From positions 193,564,001 through 193,628,000 of the forward strand of contig OZ024740.1 of assembly GCA_964016885.1 (NCBI GenBank): DNA of 64,000 bases. Direction: 5' to 3'. The position numbers and the translations under genes are program-made. Below are positions 41,612 through 56,057 of the stretch, in pieces. Source of the DNA: Eledone cirrhosa. Its lineage: Eukaryota. Each line of letters begins with the position of its first letter. Position 1 is the first letter of the stretch. Under the pieces are notes generated by a model. It saw only the letters and a program-made list of their open reading frames with translations, was not told where the DNA came from and did no database searches.

Positions 41612-42096
41612 TCTATATATCTATCTATCTATCTCTATATTTCCTCTCTCCCCTTCTCTCTCTCTGTCTTTATATATATATATGTATATATATGAAGATT
41701 TTCGTTCACTGATATAGGACTACACCAATATCTGCTATCTACATGCAGGAACAATTTCATCACTGTCACAATTGAATAATTCCTGACGTCTGCTAATATA
41801 TTCGTACCTGAAACACGTAAAATTATGTTATAAGTATAAACTTTCGTTTAAGTTTAATAGTCACAATGATAAAAAGTATAGAACTTAGAAAAAATGAGAG
41901 AAGGAGATAAAGAGCGGAGGTGACAAGGTGGCAGGCATAGATAATGGAGAAGAAATATGTAGAAGAAATATGACAACTTATCCATATGAATCATGAAATA
42001 CCTAGAAATCCACCTACAGAGTAAGCATTAATGGTTTTTTTACTTGATTAGTCTCGGTCACAAACCCCCATGAACTTACACACATATATATATATA

Positions 42097-42600
42097 CGAG
42101 GGTGCTTCAAAACGTTCGTGGGAAAAGTACATAGCTAAAATCATATGTAGAGATTTTGATCTCAATGCACCTGTAGGTCCTTATACTAACATTGTAATAA
42201 CATGTTCTAACATGAACCCTTAAATGCATGTTGCAACGTGGCGGCGCCAGTCGGAACTCAGCACCCGCTCGAACAACATAATCACCATCAAAACATCAAA
42301 TACATGGTGAAGCTAGTGTGGAAGGCAGCCAAATTATTGATACTCTGGAACAAGTTTATGGGGACAATGACCACAAAACTGAAACATACAAAATGATAAG
42401 TCGTTTTAGAAGTGGAAGATGATGAGGTTAAAGATGATCCCTAGTTGAAGATACAACAAAAGCTGCTTTGACATGTTTTAAATTGCATGGCCCTCAGGTT
42501 TACACTGATGAATTTAAAGGCTGGTATCAACGCTTCTGCATACGAAGTGTAGATGGAGCATATGTTGAATAATAAACCTCATAACATCATTTGTTTATCA
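42097..42600 (+). mobile_element. Mariner relic
   Basis: TA followed by CGAGGGTGCTTCAAAACGTTCGTGG, resembling irritans-subfamily (Hsmar2-type) TIRs, then decayed transposase N- and C-terminal pieces. Confidence 0.55.
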
Positions 42601-42795
42601 GCGGAAACGAAACACAATCTGAATATGGTAGAATTGAAAACAGTAGCGTAATGGTCACGAGTTGCGAGTCGAATCAAAACATAATGTTTCGGCCCACGCT
42701 TTTCATAAAATTGTTGAGAGGGAAGAAAATCTAGGAAAGTAAGAAATGAGAAACGGAGGCAAGGAAGTAGAATAGCAACAAGGATATCTGTATAT

Positions 42796-42826
<31 letters not shown>

Positions 42827-42870
42827 CATGCTTATATATTTATATATATATGCATGTATATATATATATT

Positions 42871-42936
<66 letters not shown>

Positions 42937-43080
42937 GTTGTTAAACAATGTTCAATGGCTATGTCAAAGAATGAGTTTTACAGTAGATTGGAAGCAGTCA
43001 ACGAAACTAATTATTTTCAGGAGCTATTAAGGTTAAAATATAAGTATTAATAAAATAGATGTTCTTTTGATCAATTACAT

Positions 43081-43131
43081 TTTATTATACATATTTCGGA
43101 TGTACAACAGTACGTCCTCATCAGACGAAAT
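43081..43131 (-). ncRNA. Type I hammerhead ribozyme, inverted upstream of a Penelope body
   Basis: CTGATGA-ggacgtac-tgtt-gtacatcc-GAAATATGTA. Helix I is poor. Confidence 0.6.
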
Positions 43132-43759
43132 ATAATGATACATTAGATACCCTGAGATGTTATATGGTTAAGATTTAATCAAGGTAGTGATTAACCTAAG
43201 AGAAGGTTTTACTTATATCCTATCTATGAGAGAATGCGAAAACGTAATACATTCATTAGAGAATGTGTGAGTAAGAAAAAACGTTGCATACTGTAACTGT
43301 TCTAAAATTGTAAAAGTGTATGCTACTACGATATATCTAGGGAAACGTCTCATGAATCATAGCAGCCACTGGAAAGGTATTTATAAAGAGGGAAAAATAA
43401 AGTGTAGGGGGTGGGGGTGAACTATGTAGAAGGATGTTTTATTCGAAATTTAAACGGTTAAATTTGAAAATATCTAATTCATAATATTAGGGTGAAGACT
43501 CCAGATTTAAGGATTATTTGCTGGTTATTTATATATTATTATCTATATAAATTCGATAAGTGTGTTATTATGTCTAAACTTCTGAATTTTAAGAGTAACA
43601 TTGAAGGGATTTAGCTGGCACATAAAGGATGAAATAATTTACTGTTGATTATTTACCTAAATTCAAACTTTAACAAATATACCAACATATTAGGTATGTA
43701 AAGCTTTTGAGTTACTTATTGTTATAAATATTTAAATAACTATTATGTAGATAGGTATA

Positions 43760-45150
43760 TATTAATGATCCATATTAATGATCCATTCATATTAAATATG
43801 ATAAATAGAAAACTGCTGGAGATTACCGGTGGTTCATATAGGGACGACATTTTATTTACGGTGGTCAAACACAATACTATAGAATTAAATAGAGTTAAGA
43901 AAAGTATAATAGAATTCTTTAAAACGTACGACCTTAAATTAGAAGTAGAAAATGGTACCAAAATAGTTAATTTCCTTGACGTTACCTTTAACTTAAACAC
44001 TGGCTTCTATTACCCTATTCATAAGCCTAATGAAAACTTAAATTATGTTAGTAACTATTCAAATAACCCTAGATCTGTAAAAAAAGCTATAGTAAATAGT
44101 GTACAAAAACGTATTAATAAAATATCAGCTAATAAAGATATATTTGATAAAAGTGCGGAATATTACAACAACGCGTTAAAAAGAGCAGGATATATGAATA
44201 ATATAGAATATGTAGATAATCACAATCCAAGTATTATTCCTAATAATAATAATAAAAATGATAATAACATATATAAGAGTAACTCTAATATCTATAACTC
44301 AAACACACATACGCTAAATAAATCGAGAATACGAACTAGATCTAAACCAGTCATATGGTTTGCACCCCCTGCTTCGGTCGCAGTTAAAACACCAATTGCA
44401 AAACTATTCTTTAAAGCTCTTGACACCTCTTTCCCTACTCAACATAAATACCATTCTATTTTTAATAGACATACCATTAAATTCGCAAATTCTACAACCA
44501 GTAACATGGCTAAAACATCGCCAAATTAAACGCCAAAATCTTAAAACCAAAATGATCATAATAATAGAGTTAACATTAATGATACTAAACCAAAATGTAA
44601 TTGTAGAAATAAAATTAATTGCCCTATGCAAAATAATTATTTAGATTATAATTTGGTTTATAAATGCACCGTAAAAACTGACCAAAAAACATACAATTAC
44701 ATTGGATCAACCTCGTCCATATTCAAAACTCGTTTCGCGAACCATAAATGCTCATTCTCGAACTCTAAGAGGAAATCATCTACGTCTTTATCACAGCTCA
44801 TATGGTCTTTAAAAGAGAAGAATTTAGAATACTCCATTCTTTGGACAAAACTTCGGAACTGTGGAATTTACCGCAACTCTAGTATATCAAATAACTGCCC
44901 GTTCTGTACAATGGAGACCCTGTTGATTATTAATAATTATGAGACCCTAATTAACAAAAAAAGTGAATTATTCTCTAGTTGCCTCCATAAAGCTACGTCC
45001 ACTTTTTTAGCCTCACAAAAGTTACAAACAGGTAAACGTAGCTTGGAAGGGCATAAGGTTATCAATTAAGTGCATAAAGCTGTTGAACCGGTTATTAATA
45101 GTTACGAACCAATTAGCATTTTGGACAATCAATGATGGGTTAATAATCTT
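43760..45150 (+). mobile_element. 5'-truncated Penelope-like element (RT C-half + GIY-YIG)
   Basis: GSYRDDIL, VNFLDVTFNL, HKPNENLNYV, VIWFAPP, LVYKCTV..YIGST..FKTRFANH and CPFCTME. Confidence 0.9.
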
Positions 45151-45153
45151 CTA

Positions 45154-48100
45154 ATAGCGAATTTAGCAGGCCAAAGTTGCTGGGTGTCAGATCTGTCCGC
45201 TATGGTGACCCTGCAAATTTTCCAGACGGCATAGCTCCAACACCTCCAACACCTGCACCAACATCTATAGCACCTCTTTGTAGACGATATTGCGTGTCAT
45301 CCCTTGAGGAGTGTAAGCAAAAAGTCAATTCCTGCTCCATAAGCGGGAAAAGGCAACATAAAGTTGGCGATGGGAGAAGCATGGCTCCCCCAAATAGATG
45401 TCCGCCACCGACAATGTTTGCCCTTGTGACTTCTTAATGGACATGGCAAAACATGGTCTCACCGGAAATTGGGATCGCCGGAAATCGCACGTGATATCTG
45501 ACGCTGAGGGTTCTTCCTTGGAATGAAAACATTCTCCCCTCTCCTGCACCCCGTTACAATGGTGGCCTCATGCGAGTACCGTTGCACTGCTTTGGTGAAT
45601 ACAAGTTCCTTATTAGCATATTTGAACAGCCAACCCTAAGCTTAAGAATGTGATGTGGGAGCCCTGGTGGCTCAAGGGAATTTAATAACTCAACCGGATA
45701 GAAAACGATATCGTCGGGGTCTGACGTCCGGTCGATAGATTTGAAGATGTGTTCTTTACCGGGAATTTTCTCAATTAGCTGCTCGTTAATAAAATTAACG
45801 ATGGTATTTTTCGGAGCAAGGATGGCTCTTTCGCTGAGCCAATCGAGGTTTTTAAAGTTAGATGAGACATTAGGAAAAACTGCTTCCCAAAGGTCAGAAG
45901 GGCTGCTCACACATGTTGCACAGAGAGTCGATTGCTATGCCGCCCTTGTCATCCGCAGGGACCTTGCCGTCACCAAGTGCTAAAATATTCTGAGTAAATG
46001 CTGCAGACAGGTTGTCACAATGCAAATCAGCACGCATATTTGTGCTCATGTACAAACTCTTCACCTGGAGCCACAAGATGGACGACTTAAGACATGCACG
46101 CACTTCATCAACTCTTGTCCCTTTGGGGATGACAGGCAGCGTTTGCCGAAAATCCCCTGATAGCAGAAGGGTTACGCCGTAGAATCCCTAATGTCTTTCA
46201 GTGTCCTGTCCAATGCCTCAAGGGCACTCTTGTGTGCCATTGTGCACTCATCCCAAACAAGGATTAACATTTTTTGAGAACCAGAACTTCGTTTGGACTC
46301 TTGCTGATATTGCATGTTGGTGTCTCAGTTTTTACTAAATCCAAGGGGAGTTTAAAGGTTGAATGTCCTGTCCTGCCTCCCAGCAGCGATCCCGGACGAT
46401 GCAACGGCCAACGCAATTTTTCTCTCCTGAAGAATCTTAGCGAGAATCAATTTCGTTACATAAGATTGTCCGGTACCCCCAGGAGCATCGAGAAAGTAAA
46501 TACCCCCAGTCTGATTTTGAACCGCGTCAATGATCGTTAAATAGGCCAACCTTTGGTCCAACAGACGTTTGGGCTCATTTTCTTCTAAGTATTGGGAAAG
46601 AGAGTCGATGTCATATGCTGTTTCCCGCAACAAATCCGGGGCCAATGTGTTAGCTTCCTCTCTGACGGTTGACGGCAAGCCATACGTCGCCAACTCACTC
46701 TCACCCATGTCGAGGAGGGCGTCCTCGATATCAATGAGTGCCCTGTTGTAGATAATGTCGCTGTAACCAACTTCCACTGAAGTATACTGCAGATGAGCCA
46801 GGCGCAGGAAGTCCTCAGACATGAAGTCGCTGTACTTGACCCATAAAGATTTGGGATCACCCAATTCACACATTTGAAGCAAAATAGCAAAGAGTTCCCG
46901 TAGACCTTTAGGTGATTTCAAAAAAGCACCCTCTGCTAAAGTGGAATCCCATTGCGAATCATCTTCCAAAAGACCACGCTTAAAGACCCGGTACGTATCA
47001 CATATTTCTCCATCAACAGTTTTGAGGTCCTGAAAACTTTGTGGGCCTACAACTTTATGCAGAAGAAGGCGGAGATGAAAGCACTCATGCTGACTTGGGG
47101 GCACAGTGTAAACCCTTCCAAGACAGCTGTCAAATTTTACACCAGGATGTCTTTCAGCACTCTGACCTGACTTTCTTCGCACCCAAGTGTTTTTCGACCA
47201 TATAAAGTAGGATGGTACCTGGAAGTACACATTTGTTTACGCAAATGTATCGAACTGGCAAAGTTTGAAAAAACCCGTGAGAGTGGTCTCTTTCGGATCA
47301 GCGGCCAACTTGGCGGCGGTTTGGTCCTTAAAGTAAACCATTTGCCCATTTTCCAAATGTACCGCAAGCTGTACGATGGCGGGGTGGCGTTGTTGTAGGG
47401 GTAAACCAAGTAGGCACCAAAAAACTTCATTGCTACTGATGTACCGCTCCGCCAGGTATGCTGTGATCTCGTCCCTGCTATTTTCAGCTTGAAATGCGAA
47501 CATTGAGGCATCAGAGCCCATATTTACATGTTTGCATATGTATTTTATCGACTTGACGGAGTTGCAGAACTCAACGTTGATGTGGGCGTTGAACATCTTC
47601 AAGAGAAGCGGGCAAGAAGGGACCACCCATCTATTGTCGATTTGACCCCTCCCCCCTTACTGTTGTGGTGAAGCCATCGTTCTCAGGCCGTCTCCGACTG
47701 TACAAGGGGTACCCGTCGCCACCAGTCTGAGTCTGGTCAACAAATTTTTGGGGGTATCCCTTACTGCACGACCTCCGCCCCTTTGAGACACGTGTGATGC
47801 TCCTTAGGAACCGACGCACACGGACCATGAATCATGTTACCTTTGATGATGTCATGTAATTCCTGGTCAGTTGCTGGGTTAGGGATTTCAGCCGAAATGA
47901 AGCTGTCTATGGCATTTGGATTGATTTTATCAGCTAACCAAATCAAAATGTGAGCATGTGGCAGCCCTCAGTATTTGACATTCGACGGTGAACATGTCAT
48001 ATTTTACAGCTCCAAATACCTGACCGTTTTTATTAAAGCCATGAGTTTAGCCAGTTTCAGTCTGAACACTCTGGCAATGAGATCATGTCTGTTAGAATAA

Positions 48101-49134
48101 TTTTGCCCAGGAAAAGGTTCACGGGTTACATTCCGATTCATATGTCTATAGCATTAATCTGTTATATGAAGTGTTATTTTGCGGGTTGTTATTTGAAATA
48201 AGCCGATTGAAAATGCCCCAGATAAGCCGTATGTCAATACGGAACGCTCCACTGCAGTGTTGTCATATAGGGAGTGAAGAGCGACAGAGAGAGTAAAGCA
48301 GTTACATTTTAGAGAGGGGGAATATATGGAACGCTCCATTTGATCATATACATTGTTTCTCTCTCTGCAGTATTGTCATATAGGGAGTGAGGAGCGAAGA
48401 GTATGTCGTTATGACTGTTTGTTGTTGTATAAAATGATGTTTTGCTTAGTTATCAAAGTTTGTTTCGCGTTCCCGAACGAATAGGGGAAATTATCTATTA
48501 TATATGGAGAGAAGAGCGACGGATAGAGTGGAGCTAGTATTAAATCTCGAAGCATGAAGAGAGTAAAGCAGTTAAATTATAGAGATGGGGAATAATATAT
48601 TGTAGAGAGAGGGAAGAGCGACGGAGAGAGTAAAGCTTTCGTTGCTGTGTTGCTTAAGTTTCAAAGTGTGTGTCGCGTTCCTTCAAAAGAAGTTTTGTCG
48701 TTGTTCTAAATTGTGATAGAGTAGTAGACGGAAGCAGTAACCTTTTTAAGAGAGTTGCAGAGGAGATTGAGGGGAGAGTAGAAAGAGTGATGAACCTTTT
48801 AAAGAGAGTTGCAGAGGAGATTGAGGGTGGAGTAGAGGAAAGGATGAACCTTTTAAAGAGAGTTGCAACATGTATGTAGTTTCATATATTTTAGATGGTA
48901 GTAGTTAGAGGAAGGAAGTGTGTACGAGAGAGGATTACAGCATGTATTTAGTTTTATCGATTATTTTTCATAGAAGCAGGAAATTTCTAGGCAAAAATAA
49001 TTATGCGTTGACCTGCCCGGGTAATTTTAGAGCACATTGGAAAAAGAATCAACAAAATCGGTAGAAAAATGTGGAAATGCATAATAATCATACACACACA
49101 CAGACATACATCTACCGTTTTATATATATATAGA
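45154..49134 (-). mobile_element. Helitron with disrupted Rep/PIF1 helicase
   Basis: 5' end TCTATATATATATAAAACG at 49134. Rep HUH motif GLPHAHILIW at about 47940-47968, NAHINVE and KYICKH. Helicase motifs LDAPGGTG, WDECTM, GDFRQ and QFPVRPCFAMSIKKSQGQTL. The 3' hairpin end is degenerate. Confidence 0.88.
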
Positions 49135-49190
49135 TATATACATATATAGATATATATACAGATATATACATATATATATATACATGCATA

Positions 49191-49229
<39 letters not shown>

Positions 49230-49258
49230 GCATATATACATATACATATATACATATA

Positions 49259-49653
49259 CGAGCGTAATCACAAAAGTAAGGTCTCCAAAGCGATGGGGAC
49301 GCAGAGAAACTGTGGCGTACGGCTGTTGGCAACACTGTTGTGATTGGTGATTCCTTCACTCCCAAACAAGCATGCGCGCGCTTCGCTGGGATGCTTAATC
49401 TTGGCTTGGCAGCCGTTGAGAATGGAGCTCCCGTTGAACGCTACCGCCAAGTGCGAATTTCGCGCAGTTATTATCTACGACGACAATCCCAAGAGTAAGG
49501 TCTTCTTCCGAGGAAAACTTGCGTAAAGATCGGCGGATCACTCTGGATGCTCTCTGCATTTTGGTTCCTGAGGTTTCCCGAAGCACCATCCACAGGATGT
49601 TAACAGAAAAGTTGCAATATCGGAAGGAGACCTTACTTTTGGGATTGCCCGCG
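49259..49653 (+). mobile_element. Non-autonomous mariner derivative with TIRs and TA target duplication
   Basis: TA|CGAGCGTAATCACAAAAGTAAGGTCTCC...GGAGACCTTACTTTTGGGATTGCCCGCG|TA, containing transposase pieces MELPLNATAKCEFRAVI and DRRITLDAL..VSRSTIHRML. Confidence 0.82.
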
Positions 49654-51558
49654 TATATAAATGTGTGCGTGTGCGTGTGCGTGTGTGTGTGCGTGTGTGT
49701 TTGTGTGTGTGTGTGTGTGTATGTAGGTGTGTGTTTGTTTGTTTCTTTGTTTGTATACGTGTATGCATGGGTGATTTGCTTATTTGTGGGTGAGTGCAAT
49801 AAAGTAAACAAACGCCAACTCATGATTATCCTGTATGTGCACTTACAGGGCTGTGTGATTCGTATATAATAATTTCTCTAATTCTTTCCCTTCATCTACG
49901 CTATTCTCTATAATCATTTGACTTAAGTATTGCCCGTATCATGTTTTCTTAATTTTCTTCATAGATATACTTTCTTCTAGAATATAATCAGAGAACGTAT
50001 CGTAGATTGAGAACTACTCATTCAATAATTAAAATATCAAGTATGAAGCGTTTAATACAAATTAATTACTGTTGAACAACTTCTATATCTAATTTATTAA
50101 ATTTGATGAAATCGTTAAAATATATTCGCAGTAAATTCTGCTTCACTTTAAATAAATGGAAGAAGTTGACTTTGTTTAAACCATTTAACTATGCAATATT
50201 AATTTGACTGACCTTGTCAACAAAATGTGAAACAGGGAGCATGGAGGTTGATATTCCGTAACATTTCTCTGTGTCAGATTTCTGTTAGTGACAAATATTT
50301 CTAACATGCTTATTATACCTATATTCAAATACAATGAGTAGGGAGATTTCATTACTACAACATTAGTAGGATGTCATTACTTTGTACGCCCGGAAAAAGC
50401 AAATAATATTAGGCTCAAAATTGCATATCTAAAATAACTTGAAATTAACACCTGGGTTAGGCTTTAATTAAAGATCCATTAAAAATGAATCCTCTTGTAT
50501 ACGAATAAGCATGAGTAATATAGTGATTACTTTACTCCAGACTGTTCAGAATAAGTGAGCTGGGAATACGATAATTTTTTTTTTGTTTAGCATTCTTACG
50601 CAAACCTCTTGTCAGTTCAACTTAGTTCACCACCTCTAACACAAACAGAATAATATTGATTTATGTGTTACCATAGCGTATGCTATAGGAGGGACTAGAA
50701 ACCGCATACCCAAGCATTAATGTGCGAACGTGTATGGAAGTTTGCTGTGATATCTATATCAATTTCAGCATCTCGGATCTAAAATAACCAGCCCCAGTCC
50801 TAGTGATTTTGGTACCCTTAATGTCTCGGTGGAATTAGGTAGATTTAAGAAGAGCTAGATATGTTTGTTCTCGTAAATAATGTAGTTGTGGTTTCATACA
50901 CCCAGGATCTCTGCAAAAGAAATGATTTTAATATTACTTGAATTAGAATTCTGAGCTCGCTCGAATGTGTCGTGTTCTGGAGATTTTCTCCTCGACATAT
51001 GTAATATCAATTGCCATGTAGATTAATTTTCGATTATATTTTGGGCTTATTACATACATCAGTGACATGCTCTTACTCAATTATTTGTCACTAACGTCCA
51101 TGCACAAACACCATTCTTACGCAAGGTGGACACAACATGCAATTATTGACCAAGAATAGAAATATATACGTACTCTACCAAAATATATATAATCACTAAA
51201 AATATCAAAGAAGTAATATTGTACTACTCATTCCTCTTAGAAAACAACATAACAGAATTAATAAATATCGTTATAAATTCTGGATCACAACATTTCCGAA
51301 GTCTTCTGACGTCAATACATATATAGTAATGTGAAAACATGCTTCTGTTAGAAAGCCCGAACTTCATTTCAGCTCATATTTGAGTAGTGCATAAATATTT
51401 ACGATGTCAGTGAATTATAACCTTCTAGCCACAGCTCTAAACAACACAACTGATTGGTTGGCGAAATACTTTCACGAACCTTCCCCTCCTTTCTGCGCCA
51501 CTCTGTCTCTCTCTCTGTTTCCCTGTCTCCTGCTGCTTCTCTCTTTCTCTCTCTGTTT

Positions 51559-51668
<110 letters not shown>

Positions 51669-53168
51669 GTACCTATCTCTTCCTCGTATCACTATTTCAG
51701 TGAGTTTTCTCTTCTGAACTATTAAATTACGTACAAAATCCACTACGACTTCGCTAATGCCCCTGACTCTTTGCATTACATTATATTAAGTTTGACTTAT
51801 TTTACTTCTTAAAATCAGCGCTAAACATTTCACCTAATGTACGTAAAAGTTGGAAATTATATTTGTAACTTTGAAATATAATTATTTTCTTTTATTATCA
51901 GCCTTAAAATTAGTTAGGTGAAATACTATTTATAGAATTCACACTTGAAGAACGATATAAATGTAAACAATTGGAAAGATAATAATTTTACTACAAAGCT
52001 ATGCATTTTCATAGATTAATGTTACGTGGTGTAGGTTTTCTGAAGTTAATGGTCTTGTTTAGTTTTACCGGTAGAAGATAATAGGCGATCCGCTCAGTTC
52101 AAGAACAAAACATAGTATTTCACAGCAGAATGTAAGTTAATTTCCGAGTGTTAGATTTAATAAAATGTTGTAATAAGGAAATTCTAACTTAAAAGAGAAA
52201 GCAATTCATAATTCCTTTTAGGAAGCCAAGAAATAAGAGTGTAGAACTGGTTGATTCTTTGACAAATTGCCTTAGATTTTCTAAACGATAAAAGTCAAAG
52301 TACCAATTAGCGATGATGCAAGAACTTTCCAATTCGATTTGTATTATGTCATTAAATATTATCGTATACTGAGATGTACCTTTATTCTTCTATCAGCGCT
52401 TGTCAGGATTTGTTAGCCGAAAAGAGAACAAGTTCAATAAGGATTAATTACTTTACTAACTGAAATTATAGCAACGATATTAAAAACTTCGAAAGGTTAG
52501 TAGGAATAATTGAGTTGAGACTTGATTATTTCAAATAAAAAGAGAACCTTCCAAAAGAGGGTATATGTTACTTTTACTCTAATTCAATATATAATTGTTC
52601 AATGGATTTTTATAGTGAATGGAATACCTACGCTGAATAATGATTCGTGAAAACTAAACCTGTATGAAGTGGCATCTTTGATCAGTATAAATTCTTACTA
52701 TGACAAGTATAAATCATTTAAAACTAATCTAAATATTGAATTAGTACATTGGCACATGGCCAAACATTTCAAATAGCAATGTAATATTGGACAGAATATA
52801 TTTGAAGTATACCATTAGTAAAAATGGCAATGCTAGCACATTTGTATTTGTACATACACGTGAAGTTGTATCAAACATCGAAGTAATATATTATGGATAT
52901 ACTTCAATATCCGTTCAGTATACGGCCTTACGTTCAAATACATTTGCATATGTCAATGCATCTAGAGAAATTTAAATGTAATTTAATGTCATATCTATAT
53001 CCACGTTTCTTTAAAAAATATAATATTACAAATTATTTGTCAAATCAGCAAACCGTGAGATTAGAACATTAACAATCCTAAGAAATTTTCTGAAATTATA
53101 CATTGTGCTAACAGTATATGTATTTAAATACATATTAATACACACACACATACAAATATATATATATA

Positions 53169-54285
<1,117 letters not shown>

Positions 54286-54287
54286 TA

Positions 54288-55528
54288 TATATACAATGAT
54301 ATTAAATAATGGAAACTATATTTATAAAACCATATTTATTCTATTATATATATTTCAAGGGTACCAACATTTTGGTACGCTATCATCAGATAAAATACGA
54401 AGTGTGTTTTATAAATTCTGACATAACCAAGGAGAATATATCTTAAGGGTTCAAGTTTTCCTTGGATAGTGAATAAAAGTCAGATATTTCAAATTATTAA
54501 GATGAGTATGCAAATGAGGTTTAGGTAAAAGGGATGAAAAAAAAAACGTTATTTTAGAGGCTATGGAAAATTTAAATAATTATGATAAGTTATTTGATGA
54601 GTAGGAAAGAAGAGAAAGCTAGCATTTACGTTAATTTTGGGGAAAAGTGGAATATGATTCCAGAGTTTAAATTTGAATTTATTTACCTATATTATGAGTT
54701 ATAATATTGTATATATAATCAATTAGATTATATGAAGAATTATGGTTGTAAGTATTTTTATCTTATTACATTACGATAGGTTATATGTATATAAATATCT
54801 ATATAGATTAATAATTGCGTATGTATTAATATTATAGAGATAGAGATAATTTACAATTATTAGTTGTTTATATATCAAATATGAGTTACGAAGAAAGTTG
54901 ATTTTGTATTTTACTTAAAAATAGGTGGTTCAATTTGTGAGAGTAGAACAATTTGTGGATTTAAAAATGTTGTTCAACATTGAAAATGTTTTCAGGATAT
55001 TGTTAATTTAGCGAAGTTATTATCAAACATGATATGTTTATGTTTGCACGATTGAGAGAGGAAAGATAACTCCAATTTTGTTTGTCAACCGTTAAATTTG
55101 ATGAGTGATTTACTTCAAAATATATAGAGAAAATTATATATTATTTCGTATGAGATCCATTATTTAGTCGAAAGATGTGTGAATGTTTGAATAACAAAGA
55201 GAGAGAGAGAGGAAAAATGTAATGTGCTTCACGAAGATCTATCGTAAAGAGGATAAGTTTTCAGAATGTCAAATAAAGATTATCAATCTACATCTAAAAA
55301 TATATTTAGAGGGGTGTCCTTAGAAATATAATGTCAGAATTAAAATAATGTCGGAAATTAAAATATTAAATATATATATTCTCCTTAATTATGTCAAAAT
55401 TTATAAAACACACTTCGTATTTTACCTGATGATAGCGTACCGAAATGTTGATACCATTGAAATATATATAATAGAATAAATATGGTTTTATAAATATAGT
55501 TTCCATTTATTTAATATCATTGTATATT
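54288..55528. mobile_element. Head-to-head inverted pLTR-like pair with hammerheads at 54338-54396 (-) and 55419-55477 (+)
   Basis: About 150-bp inverted repeats (54288-54441 and 55374-55528), with attttat-CTGATGA-..gtaccaa..ttggtac..-GAAATATATATA-atagaat. Confidence 0.78.
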
Positions 55529-55641
55529 ATACCAGAAAACTGTCGAGTGCTCTGAATCAGTTATAGACATTTTTTTTTTTTTTTTATAACCAACAAATTG
55601 AATATCCCTTCTGCTTATACATATATATATAAATATATACA

Positions 55642-55676
<35 letters not shown>

Positions 55677-55704
55677 TTATATACAGTATATATATATATA
55701 TACA

Positions 55705-55773
<69 letters not shown>

Positions 55774-56057
55774 GATAAATCTACCAAGAGTTTACGGTAG
55801 TGTCCAATCCGTATGAAGACGGCATATATATGAGTTGGTATGTATATTTAATTTTGATAGTTTGTATAATCTTGTATAATTTTGTACATAGATCTGTTGA
55901 ATATGCATGCCAATTCTAACACATATATATCCTAGAAACGATCGTTAAATAATGAACTTTTTTTGTTTAATATAAGGAACTGTTTCATTGTTTTATTCAT
56001 TATTTTTTTAATATTTTATATATATATACATATATACTGTATAAATGTATATATATA

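Noticed and set aside
50835-50925. Possible host terminal exon on the minus strand after TTTCTTTTGCAG
   Set aside because: The frames are short, with no recognisable domain and no supportable partner exons. RNA-seq would be needed.
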